From NCBI RefSeq assembly GCF_947496485.1, contig NZ_CANMCZ010000001.1:55596-119595 (forward strand): a stretch of 64,000 nucleotides of DNA. Direction: 5' to 3'. This DNA comes from an uncultured Winogradskyella sp. (GTDB lineage Bacteria > Bacteroidota > Bacteroidia > Flavobacteriales > Flavobacteriaceae). The position numbers were made by a program, and so were the translations under genes. Every line of letters begins with the position of its first letter. Within the stretch, counting starts at the first letter, position 1. Below the pieces are notes generated by a model. It ran no database searches. It had not been told where the DNA came from and saw only the letters and a list, made by a program, of their open reading frames with translations. Shown here piece by piece: positions 48,437-56,985 of this stretch.

Positions 48437-49741
48437 ATGAGCATAGAAGTTATAAGTATTATCGTTTTGTTTGTGAGTTTCTTTACGCTCTTGTTACTCA
48501 AAGTACCTGTAGCTTATAGTATCGGTATAGCAACAACATTAAGTCTATTACTAAATATTGATAAATTACCTGGTTTAACAACTATTGCCCAGCGAATGAC
48601 CACAGGTATTGATAGTTTTGCATTGTTGGCTATTCCCTTCTTTATTCTGGCAGGTGATATTATGAAACGCGGAGGTATTGCCACACGACTCATCAATTTC
48701 GCTAAATCTTTAGTATCAAGTCTTCCAGGTGGATTAGCTTATGTAAATATTTTAGCATCGATGTTATTTGGTGCCATTTCTGGTTCTGCGCTTGCGGCCG
48801 CGTCTGCAATTGGCAGTATAATGACGGATAGAATGGAAGAAGAAGGTTACCCAAGAACCTTAAGTGCGTCCGTAAATATTACAGCTTCAACTACTGGTTT
48901 ATTAATTCCACCGAGTAACATTTTAATTGTTTATGCCTTAGCAAGTGGAGGAACAGCCTCTGTAGCCGCTTTGTTTATTGCAGGTTATCTTCCTGGAATA
49001 CTATTAGGTTTTGCTATTATGGGTTATGTGGCTTTTATAGCTATTAGTAAAGGTTATGCAAAAGGTAAACGTGCGACATTGCGTGAAGTTTGGACATTTT
49101 TCAGAAAGGCTTTTTTTAGTTTATTATTATTAGTTATTGTCGTTGGTGGTATTGTCGCAGGAATTTTTACAGCTACGGAAGCTTCAGTAATCGCTGTTTT
49201 ATATGCAGCAGTATTATCATTGGCTTATGGTGATATGAAAGTAAAAGATTTTTCAGGAGTATTATTATCTAGTGCTAAAACCACAGCTGTTGTTATGTTT
49301 TTGATTTGTACATCTATGGCAATGTCATGGTTGTTTTCGTTTGAAGGCATTCCTGAAATGATAAGCACCTTTCTATTAGAATCGTTAAATAATAAATTCG
49401 CGATCTTTTTAGCAATTAATCTTATCCTATTGGTTATTGGAACATTTATGGACATGACTCCTGCTGTTTTAATTTTTACACCAATTTTTCTACCTGTAGT
49501 AACCGCTTTAGGAATGGATCCTGTACACTTTGGGATTGTGATTGTACTGAATTTATGTATTGGGATTTGTACACCTCCCGTAGGAACACTACTCTTTGTA
49601 GGTAGTGGTGTTGCAAAAGTTTCGGTCACGCAGGTTATAAAACCATTGTTGCCGTTTTTGTTAATTATGGTAGTTGTATTAATGCTAATCAGTTTTATTC
49701 CAGAAATTTCAATGTTTTTACCAAGATTGTTTGGATTGTAA
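48437..49741 (+). CDS. dctM: TRAP transporter large permease DctM
   Basis: AIPFFILAG, FGAISGSA, LIPPS, GIFTATEA and TPPVG motifs. Confidence 0.95.
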   Translation: MSIEVISIIVLFVSFFTLLLLKVPVAYSIGIATTLSLLLNIDKLPGLTTIAQRMTTGIDSFALLAIPFFILAGDIMKRGGIATRLINFAKSLVSSLPGGLAYVNILASMLFGAISGSALAAASAIGSIMTDRMEEEGYPRTLSASVNITASTTGLLIPPSNILIVYALASGGTASVAALFIAGYLPGILLGFAIMGYVAFIAISKGYAKGKRATLREVWTFFRKAFFSLLLLVIVVGGIVAGIFTATEASVIAVLYAAVLSLAYGDMKVKDFSGVLLSSAKTTAVVMFLICTSMAMSWLFSFEGIPEMISTFLLESLNNKFAIFLAINLILLVIGTFMDMTPAVLIFTPIFLPVVTALGMDPVHFGIVIVLNLCIGICTPPVGTLLFVGSGVAKVSVTQVIKPLLPFLLIMVVVLMLISFIPEISMFLPRLFGL

Positions 49742-49772
49742 CATCGAATAGTTTGGATTGTAACATCGAATA
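49729..49772. repeat. Tandem 22-bp duplication spanning the dctM stop codon
   Basis: GTTTGGATTGTAACATCGAATA twice (49729-49750, 49751-49772) followed by GTTT. Confidence 0.9.
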
Positions 49773-49883
49773 GTTTTATTAGTCAACACCCGTATTCTTG
49801 AACTGACAATTTGCAAGGCAAAACTGTTTGATTTGGTATAGTTTTGGTAATACTATTTTCAGATTTAAAAAATATACTATATA

Positions 49884-49909
49884 TTGGTAAACCAATCTGG
49901 TTAACCAAT
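49884..49909. promoter_or_regulatory. Tandem GntR/FadR-type operator, third copy
   Basis: TGGTAAACCA-atc-TGGTTAACCA, ending 15 nt before the ATG at 49925. Confidence 0.75.
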
Positions 49910-49924
49910 ATTAATTTTGCCTCT

Positions 49925-50986
49925 ATGAAAACTTTACACATTTTATTAATATTATGTTTTACTGTACAATTATCATTTGCACAAGTAATACTTAACGCAA
50001 ATGAACCAGGAAATACTTATGAAGATATTAATGCTGTATTAGCACCTGGACATGATGTTGTAGAAGTACCAGATTGTTCACACAGTAGTTTTGGGCGTCA
50101 TATCGATGAAGTTTTTGATAAAGAATTAAACACTTATGTTTTCCGGTTTATTGCACATAAAACCCCAGATAATGATCGCTGTAAAAAATTTGACAGACAG
50201 CGTATTGAAATAAAAACCTACGGAAAATCGCCTGAAAACACTAAAGGATTAGAAGGCGAGACTGTTGAATACAAATGGAAGTTTAAACTACCACGTAATT
50301 TTAAAGTTTCAAAAAACTTTACACACCTCCATCAAATAAAATCCGTTGGCAGTGTATATTCATCAAGACCTATTATTTCGTTAACTGCTAGAAAAGGGAC
50401 ACCAGACCGATTAGAACTACGTTACGCACCTGAGCATGATCAGAGTACAATAGGAACTATAGAATTAGATTTACTAAAAGGGCATTGGGTAGAAGTTACC
50501 GAAGTTATTCATTATTCAAATCAAGGAAGTTATTCTATCGAAATTAAAAAGGTTTCGAATGGGTCTAATGTATTTGAATACTCAAATGATAGCATAGATA
50601 TGTGGCAAGATGGCTCAGATTTTATGCGTCCAAAATGGGGAATTTATAGAAGTTTAAAACGTCCAGAAGATATAAAAGATGAAATGGTGTTATTTAACAG
50701 TTTTAGCATTGATGAAATTCCGATACTCACCCTTGAATACTTAGAAAGCAAAGCGGATAAAAAACAACTCGTTCCTGATTCTAAAAAGCGCACTGTAAAT
50801 TTCAAAAGCTCAAGAGCAGATGATTACGATTCTATAGAACTCTATGATGGTACTGGTAAAAAAGTCTCAACAAAAAAAATACTTAAAAAGTATAAATTAG
50901 ATTTGTCAGCATTAAGCGCTGGCAACTATTATCTTGTATTTACTAAAAATAAAAGAACAGTAAAAATTTTAAAATGCTCAACTTAG
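49925..50986 (+). CDS. Secreted beta-jelly-roll polysaccharide lyase-like protein (Polysacc_lyase / heparin lyase I-like fold) with degenerate T9SS CTD
   Basis: Signal peptide MKTLH...SFA; DRQRIEIK, YKWKFKLP, FTHLHQIK and RPKWGIYR motifs; C-terminus LYDGTGKKV...LSAGNYYL...KILK. Confidence 0.65.
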   Translation: MKTLHILLILCFTVQLSFAQVILNANEPGNTYEDINAVLAPGHDVVEVPDCSHSSFGRHIDEVFDKELNTYVFRFIAHKTPDNDRCKKFDRQRIEIKTYGKSPENTKGLEGETVEYKWKFKLPRNFKVSKNFTHLHQIKSVGSVYSSRPIISLTARKGTPDRLELRYAPEHDQSTIGTIELDLLKGHWVEVTEVIHYSNQGSYSIEIKKVSNGSNVFEYSNDSIDMWQDGSDFMRPKWGIYRSLKRPEDIKDEMVLFNSFSIDEIPILTLEYLESKADKKQLVPDSKKRTVNFKSSRADDYDSIELYDGTGKKVSTKKILKKYKLDLSALSAGNYYLVFTKNKRTVKILKCST

Positions 50987-50990
50987 TAGT

Positions 50991-51962
50991 TTACTTGATA
51001 AAGGCATCTATAATTTGCATTCCTTTTATACCTTCTTCAATAGGACATGGATTTTCACCTTTTTCTAAAAAATAATTTACAGTAGATTGAATTATAGGTT
51101 GCTGAATATGCTTAGGATGTTCATACTTTAAGATCTCTTTTTTACCATCAGATTCTAAAACAATTTCATTTCCGAAAAAAGGAAATCTTATCGACCCTTT
51201 TGTTCCTGAAATAGAACATTCGTCTTTCTGCTCTGTCTCATCAGCAATAAAATTCCAATTGCCTATACAAGATATTCCATTTTCAAAATTTAAAACCCCA
51301 CTAATCTTAGTCGCGACATTTGGTTGTGAACCTTCTGCTGAAGAGTTCCCTGAAAAATCTTTAACCTCACCAAACCAATATAACAATAAGTCTAATTGAT
51401 GTGGTGCCAAATCATTGAAATAACCACCACCAGAAATAACAGGATTTATGCGCCAATTCGATTCAGAATCTGCTATAAAAGCTGCTTTTCGAGATTGAAA
51501 CATTTTCACTTCAACCGAATTAATATCACCAAGAGCATTCTCATCGATGATACGTTTCACCTCTAAAAACATTGGTAACCTTCGTCTGTAATGCGCTACT
51601 GTTAACTTAGATGTACTTTTTTTTAGAGCTTCACTAAGTAAAATTGCTTCATCAGAATTAAGCGTCATAGGTTTTTCTATGTAAACATTTTTATTTACAG
51701 CTAAGACTTGAAGTGCATAGTGTAAATGCGTGGATGGTGGTGTTGCAATGTAAACAGCATTAATCTCAGGGTGGTTAATTATAGAATCTGCAGTATCATG
51801 ATATTCTGGAACATTATGGCGCTCTGCATAATCTTTAGCTTTCGTTTTATCCCTTCGCATTACGGCTAATAATGACGAATTTTCAGCTAAATTAAATGCT
51901 GGACCACTTTTTACCTCAGTAACATTTCCACAGCCTATAATTCCCCAAACTACGTCTTTCAT
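50991..51962 (-). CDS. Gfo/Idh/MocA family oxidoreductase
   Basis: WGIIGCG, AVYIATPP, YIEKPM and GGYFNDLAPHQLD motifs. Confidence 0.92.
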   Translation of the reverse strand: MKDVVWGIIGCGNVTEVKSGPAFNLAENSSLLAVMRRDKTKAKDYAERHNVPEYHDTADSIINHPEINAVYIATPPSTHLHYALQVLAVNKNVYIEKPMTLNSDEAILLSEALKKSTSKLTVAHYRRRLPMFLEVKRIIDENALGDINSVEVKMFQSRKAAFIADSESNWRINPVISGGGYFNDLAPHQLDLLLYWFGEVKDFSGNSSAEGSQPNVATKISGVLNFENGISCIGNWNFIADETEQKDECSISGTKGSIRFPFFGNEIVLESDGKKEILKYEHPKHIQQPIIQSTVNYFLEKGENPCPIEEGIKGMQIIDAFIK

Positions 51963-51972
51963 TTTTTAGTAC

Positions 51973-53376
51973 TTATTTAAATTTAAAGTAATTCTTAGCG
52001 TTAAAATAACAGATATCACTTACTATTTTCCCTAGATGTTTTTCGTCATTTGGCAACTCACCATTTGCTACATCATTACCTATGAGATTACAAAGAATTC
52101 TTCTAAAATACTCGTGTCTTGGAAACGATAAAAAACTGCGAGAATCTGTTAGCATACCAACAAAACAACTTAGCAAACCTTGGTTAGAAAGTGTATTTAT
52201 TTGCTTTTCCATACCATCTTTTTGATCTAAAAACCACCAAGCAGAACCAAATTGCACTTTTCCTCTAATTGTACCATCATTAAAGTTTCCAACCATTGTA
52301 GCAAAGACTTCATTATCTGAAGGATTCAAATTATATACAATAGTTTTTGCTAATTGATTGGTACTATCTAAAGTGTTTAAAAAACCACTTAAACCTCTTG
52401 CCTGAGAAAAATCTCCAATAGAATCAAATCCTGTATCTGGTCCTAAATCACTTAAAAGTCGTTTGTTATTATTTCTAATGGCACCTAAGTGTAATTGCTG
52501 TGTCCAACCTTTAGCATGATACATTTTCCCCAAATGAATCATAGTTTCGGCTTTAAAAAACTGAACTTCTTCCACTGAAAGTGATTCGTTATGTTTTACT
52601 TTTTTGAAAAGCATTTCAATATCGAAAGTGTCATTTTCATAATGATATAATTGCTCTAAACCGTGATCTGCTAATCGTCCACCAACATTATGAAAGAAGT
52701 CGACTCTAGTTTGTAAAGCATCAATTAAGTCTTTGTAATTATTTATTTGTTTGCCTGATGCGCTTTCTAGTTTATCCAGATAACCATTATATTCATTTAC
52801 ATCTTCAACTGCAAAAGCTTTATCTGGTCTGAAAGTTGGCAATGTTTTTACTCTAGAATTATCTTTCTCAATTACAATATGATATTCTAAGTTATCTATC
52901 GGGTCATCTGTAGTGCACAGAGACTCAACATTCATTAGTTGTAATAACCCATTTGCAAAATACGATTTTTGCTTCAAAAGTAATGATGTCTTATCCCAAA
53001 TAGCTTCTGCTGTTTCGGGAGATAACAATTCTGTAATTCCGAAATAATTCTTTAATTCTAAATGTGTCCAATGGTACAATGGATTTCGAATGGTTAATGG
53101 TACAACTTCCGCCCATTTTAAAAATTTATCTTTATCTGAGGCGTCGCCAGTTATAAAATTTTCGTTAATACCATAAGCTCTCATAGCTCTCCATTTGTAA
53201 TGATCGCCAGCTAGCCAGACTTGTGTTATATTTTCGAACTGTCTATTTTCGGCAATTTCCTTTGGTGACAAGTGATTATGATAATCTATAATTGGAAGCT
53301 GCTTAGCATAGTTATGATAAAGCGATTTTGCAATATCTGTTTGAAGTAAAAAATCTTCTGTGATAAAAGTATTCAT
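51973..53376 (-). CDS. uxaC: Glucuronate (uronate) isomerase
   Basis: IIDYHNHL, DHYKWRAMR, NPLYHWTHLEL, WWFLDQ and TDSRSFLSFPRHEYFRR motifs. Confidence 0.97.
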   Translation of the reverse strand: MNTFITEDFLLQTDIAKSLYHNYAKQLPIIDYHNHLSPKEIAENRQFENITQVWLAGDHYKWRAMRAYGINENFITGDASDKDKFLKWAEVVPLTIRNPLYHWTHLELKNYFGITELLSPETAEAIWDKTSLLLKQKSYFANGLLQLMNVESLCTTDDPIDNLEYHIVIEKDNSRVKTLPTFRPDKAFAVEDVNEYNGYLDKLESASGKQINNYKDLIDALQTRVDFFHNVGGRLADHGLEQLYHYENDTFDIEMLFKKVKHNESLSVEEVQFFKAETMIHLGKMYHAKGWTQQLHLGAIRNNNKRLLSDLGPDTGFDSIGDFSQARGLSGFLNTLDSTNQLAKTIVYNLNPSDNEVFATMVGNFNDGTIRGKVQFGSAWWFLDQKDGMEKQINTLSNQGLLSCFVGMLTDSRSFLSFPRHEYFRRILCNLIGNDVANGELPNDEKHLGKIVSDICYFNAKNYFKFK

Positions 53377-53479
53377 AGGCACTAATTTACATAGTAAATA
53401 TAGATACTCCTACATTAAAATTTGCTTTTTGAAAGTATAAATAGGTCTAAAAAAATGCTTTTGTGGTCTATTACATAGA

Positions 53480-53995
53480 CTATTCTTGTAATAGTTTATT
53501 TAAACTATTGAGAGAAAGCATTTCTATTTCTTCTAAAGAGTGACCCCTTTCAATATTTACAACTTCTATAGGAATTTGATGATTAGAATAATTATAGGTC
53601 TGTTTCTTCTTTTTTGAAATCACTATTATTCCATCTGTAGACCCATCACTTAAACTTTTTATATAATTTAATTCCTTCTTATTGGAATTGAATGATTGAT
53701 AAAACAAAATTCGATATCCAACACTTTCAGCAGTTTTTTGCAGATGACATAATGCATGGCTATAACACATCTGAGTAACTTCTGGCAATATGATTGCAAT
53801 AGACTTTGTTTTCTGTGCTCTAAGTGAAACAGCATAATTATTTGGCACATAATTATGCTGTTTGGCTATAGTTTTAATTGCTTCTCTAGTAGCCTTGCTA
53901 ATTTCTAGCTTATTGTTTAAAGCCTTTGATACCGTAGATATAGAATATCCAGATAAAAATGAAATTTCTTTTATGGTTACTGTAGAGGATTTCAA
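53480..53995 (-). CDS. Half-length LacI-family regulator (HTH plus N-terminal sub-domain only)
   Basis: VTIKEIS..SGYSISTVSKALN HTH, YVPNNYAVSL hinge, DGIIV; ends at 171 aa; starts 3 nt after the eda stop. Confidence 0.75.
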   Translation of the reverse strand: MKSSTVTIKEISFLSGYSISTVSKALNNKLEISKATREAIKTIAKQHNYVPNNYAVSLRAQKTKSIAIILPEVTQMCYSHALCHLQKTAESVGYRILFYQSFNSNKKELNYIKSLSDGSTDGIIVISKKKKQTYNYSNHQIPIEVVNIERGHSLEEIEMLSLNSLNKLLQE

Positions 53996-53998
53996 AGG

Positions 53999-54667
53999 TT
54001 ATGCTCTTAAATCTTTAATTATTGCCAATGCATTTTTTGTGTCAGACTCAATTTTTGCTAAGTCATAGTTACCATCTGCGCCTTTAGCGATTAGTTTAGA
54101 ACCCATACCAACACAAGTTACACCAGCTTTAAACCAACCTTCTAAGTTCTCTTTAGTAGGAGATACACCACCTGTTGGCATAATGCTCGTCCATGGTTGA
54201 GGACCTCTAATTGCCTTAACAAAATCAGGACCGTAAATACCACCTGGGAATAATTTAACAACCTCACATCCTAGCTCTTCAGCTCTGCAAATTTCTGTTA
54301 AAGAACCACAACCTGGTGACCAAGCTACTTTACGCCTATTACAAACTATGGCAATATCTTCTCTTAGAACCGGTGTTACGATAAAATTAGCACCTAATGC
54401 CATAAAACGAGAAGCTGAAGCTGCATCTGTAACTGAACCAACTCCCATAATCATTCCTGGTAATTCTTTAAGTACCCATTTATTGAGCTCACCAAAAACT
54501 TCATGAGCAAAATCACCCCTAGCAGTAAATTCTAGTAAACGTGCACCACCATCATAAGTAGCTTTTATTACTTTTTTACTTATTTCTATATCTGAATTAT
54601 AAAACAATGGAACCATTCCGGTTTGTTTCATAACATTTGCGACTTCTATTCTTGAAAAATTTGCCAT
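53999..54667 (-). CDS. eda: KDPG/KHG aldolase
   Basis: LEFTAR, GVGSV, VKLFPG and MPTGGV motifs. Confidence 0.93.
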   Translation of the reverse strand: MANFSRIEVANVMKQTGMVPLFYNSDIEISKKVIKATYDGGARLLEFTARGDFAHEVFGELNKWVLKELPGMIMGVGSVTDAASASRFMALGANFIVTPVLREDIAIVCNRRKVAWSPGCGSLTEICRAEELGCEVVKLFPGGIYGPDFVKAIRGPQPWTSIMPTGGVSPTKENLEGWFKAGVTCVGMGSKLIAKGADGNYDLAKIESDTKNALAIIKDLRA

Positions 54668-54670
54668 AAT

Positions 54671-55717
54671 CTATCTTGCTACACGTCCTGAGGCATCACC
54701 ACCCATTAATTTTTCTACTTCTGAAACAGTCACTAAGTTGGCATCACCTTTAATAGTGTGTTTTAAACATGATGCTGCTACAGCAAAATCAAGTGCATTC
54801 TGATCATCTTCTGGATATTTTAATAATCCATAGATTAATCCACCCATAAAAGAATCTCCACCGCCAACTCTATCTACAATGTCGGTAATTTGATACTGAC
54901 GTGTTTCATACATCTTGTTACCATCGTATAGTACACCGGCCCATGTGTTGTGAGATGCTGAGATAGAACCTCTTAAAGTTGTAATCACTTTTTTAGCTCT
55001 TGGAAACTTTTCCATCATTTGCTTGCAAACCGATAAGAAAGCTTCAGCTTTAACATCATGTCCATGCTTGTGCACGTCTAATCCTTCTGGATGAATACCA
55101 AAATGCTTCTCTGCATCTTCTTCGTTTCCTAAAACAATATCACAATAAGACGTTAATTCAGTCATTATTTTTTCTCTATGCTTTTCATCACAGAATGTCC
55201 AGAGTTTAGCTCTGTAATTTAAATCAGTAGAAATAGTAACTCCCATTTCGCTAGCAACTTTTACTGCTTCCAAACATGCATCTGCCGCACCTTGAGAAAT
55301 TGCGGGTGTAATACCTGTCCAATGAAACCAAGCTACGTCTTTAAAAACAGCTTTCCAATCCACCATACCTGGCTTTATATCTGAAATTGCAGAATGCGCT
55401 CTATCATATACGACTTTACTTCCTCTACTTACAGCACCAGTTTCTAAAAAATAAATTCCTAAACGCTCACCTCCATAAATAATCTTATCTACGCCAACAC
55501 CTCTTTTTCTCATTTCCATCATTGCACATTGTCCGATATCATTATTTGGTAAACGTGTAACAAAGTCCACGGGCACACCATAATTGGCTAATGATACAGC
55601 TACGTTAGACTCTCCACCACCATATACAACATCAAAGCTCGTTGTTTGGGAGAATCTTAAAAATCCAGGAGGTGCTAATCTTAGCATAATCTCTCCAAAA
55701 GTGACTACTTTTTTCAT
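54671..55717 (-). CDS. kdgK: 2-dehydro-3-deoxygluconokinase (PfkB family)
   Basis: FGEIMLRL, GGGESNVA, HWTGITPA, DLNYR and DRVGGGDSF motifs. Confidence 0.95.
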   Translation of the reverse strand: MKKVVTFGEIMLRLAPPGFLRFSQTTSFDVVYGGGESNVAVSLANYGVPVDFVTRLPNNDIGQCAMMEMRKRGVGVDKIIYGGERLGIYFLETGAVSRGSKVVYDRAHSAISDIKPGMVDWKAVFKDVAWFHWTGITPAISQGAADACLEAVKVASEMGVTISTDLNYRAKLWTFCDEKHREKIMTELTSYCDIVLGNEEDAEKHFGIHPEGLDVHKHGHDVKAEAFLSVCKQMMEKFPRAKKVITTLRGSISASHNTWAGVLYDGNKMYETRQYQITDIVDRVGGGDSFMGGLIYGLLKYPEDDQNALDFAVAASCLKHTIKGDANLVTVSEVEKLMGGDASGRVAR

Positions 55718-55753
55718 TCTGAATATTGGTTTTATTAGTTATTAAAATGTTGT

Positions 55754-55773
55754 TTGCTTAATCGATTAAGCAA
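55754..55773. promoter_or_regulatory. LacI-type operator, perfect palindrome TTGCTTAATCGATTAAGCAA
   Basis: 20-bp perfect palindrome with a central CG, between divergent kdgK and lacI genes. Confidence 0.8.
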
Positions 55774-55832
55774 TTAGTATAAAAATAAATCAAAACGATG
55801 TTGGCTTTGATTCTTATAGTTAAAACATTACA

Positions 55833-55854
55833 TTTGCTTAAACGATTAAGCAAA
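55833..55854. promoter_or_regulatory. Second LacI-type operator TTTGCTTAAACGATTAAGCAAA overlapping divergent -7 elements
   Basis: One mismatch to the first copy; TACATTTG (+, 55829-55836) and TATATTTG (-, from 55858) overlap its ends. Confidence 0.8.
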
Positions 55855-55869
55855 TATATAAAAACTTAA

Positions 55870-56886
55870 GTGAATAAAAAAAGAATAACCATAAAAGACA
55901 TTGCAAATGTGCTGAATATTTCACCTGCTGCTGTTTCAAAAGCAATGCATGATGATTCTCGCATTAGTACAAAAACAAAAGAAGCCGTTAGACGTGTCGC
56001 AAAAGAGCTAAACTATCAACCTAACCATTTAGCAAGTGCTTTAAGAAAAGGAAAAAGTAATTTAGTTGGCGTTATTGTACCTAGAACAAATAGTAATTTC
56101 TTTTCTTCTGTCATTGAGAACATGGAAGCTGTTTTAAACAAAGCTGGTTATAATATTATTATCACCCAATCTAATGAGTCTTTTGACAAAGAATGTAAAA
56201 ATATAGACACTTTATTATATACTCAAGTAGATGGTATAATAGCATCAATGGCAAATGAAACTGTTGACTTGTCTCATTATGAAAAAATAAAGTCTAAAGG
56301 TATTCCTCTAATACTTTTCGATAGAGGTGAAAATGATCTCAATGTGGATTATGTAGGCATTAATGATTATGACAGTAGTCATATCATTGTTGAACATTTG
56401 GTTGAAAAGGGTTGTAAACGTATTGCACACATTGGCGGTTATAGACGAACTCGAATTTTTAATAATAGAATTAGAGGCTATGTTGATGCTTTGAAGAAAA
56501 ACAAATTACCAATTGATGATAGCCTTATTATTGAAAGTTCGCTAACCCTTGAAGATGGCAGACGCGAAATGGAAAGACTACTTAGCTTAGATAATAAACC
56601 AGACGCTGTATATGTTGCCAGTGATTATGCTGCGCTTGGAGCCTTACAAGTTTTAAACGAAAGTAAAATAAATGTTCCTAAAGAAATAAAGTTAGTAGGT
56701 TTTGGTAATGAACCTTTTACCTCATTGGTGAGTCCTTCCATTACTAGCATTGCTCAACATAGTAAAGATATTGGTCGTCTCGCAGCAGAGACATTTTTGA
56801 AACGCATTGCACAACCTGAACTAAAACAAAGCCTAAATAAAATTATTCTTGAAGCGCAATTGATAGTTAGAGATTCTTCAAGTTAA
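55870..56886 (+). CDS. LacI family transcriptional regulator (full length)
   Basis: GTG start; ITIKDIANVLNISPAAVSKAM HTH, YQPNHLASAL hinge, sugar-binding domain. Confidence 0.95.
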   Translation: MNKKRITIKDIANVLNISPAAVSKAMHDDSRISTKTKEAVRRVAKELNYQPNHLASALRKGKSNLVGVIVPRTNSNFFSSVIENMEAVLNKAGYNIIITQSNESFDKECKNIDTLLYTQVDGIIASMANETVDLSHYEKIKSKGIPLILFDRGENDLNVDYVGINDYDSSHIIVEHLVEKGCKRIAHIGGYRRTRIFNNRIRGYVDALKKNKLPIDDSLIIESSLTLEDGRREMERLLSLDNKPDAVYVASDYAALGALQVLNESKINVPKEIKLVGFGNEPFTSLVSPSITSIAQHSKDIGRLAAETFLKRIAQPELKQSLNKIILEAQLIVRDSSS

Positions 56887-56985
56887 TTCTAATCAATAAA
56901 AAAAGTGGTCAAATTTTCATTTAACCACTATTCTCGCTAAAAATCAAAAATTTAGCTTAAAGCTAATTCTTAATATTATAAATGT

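Noticed and set aside
49844-49924. Extended N-terminus given by the ORF track for the 49844-50986 ORF (similarly for typA, kdsA, 40054-41799 and others)
   Set aside because: The extension covers the operator/promoter region; downstream ATGs give proper signal peptides or conserved N-termini.
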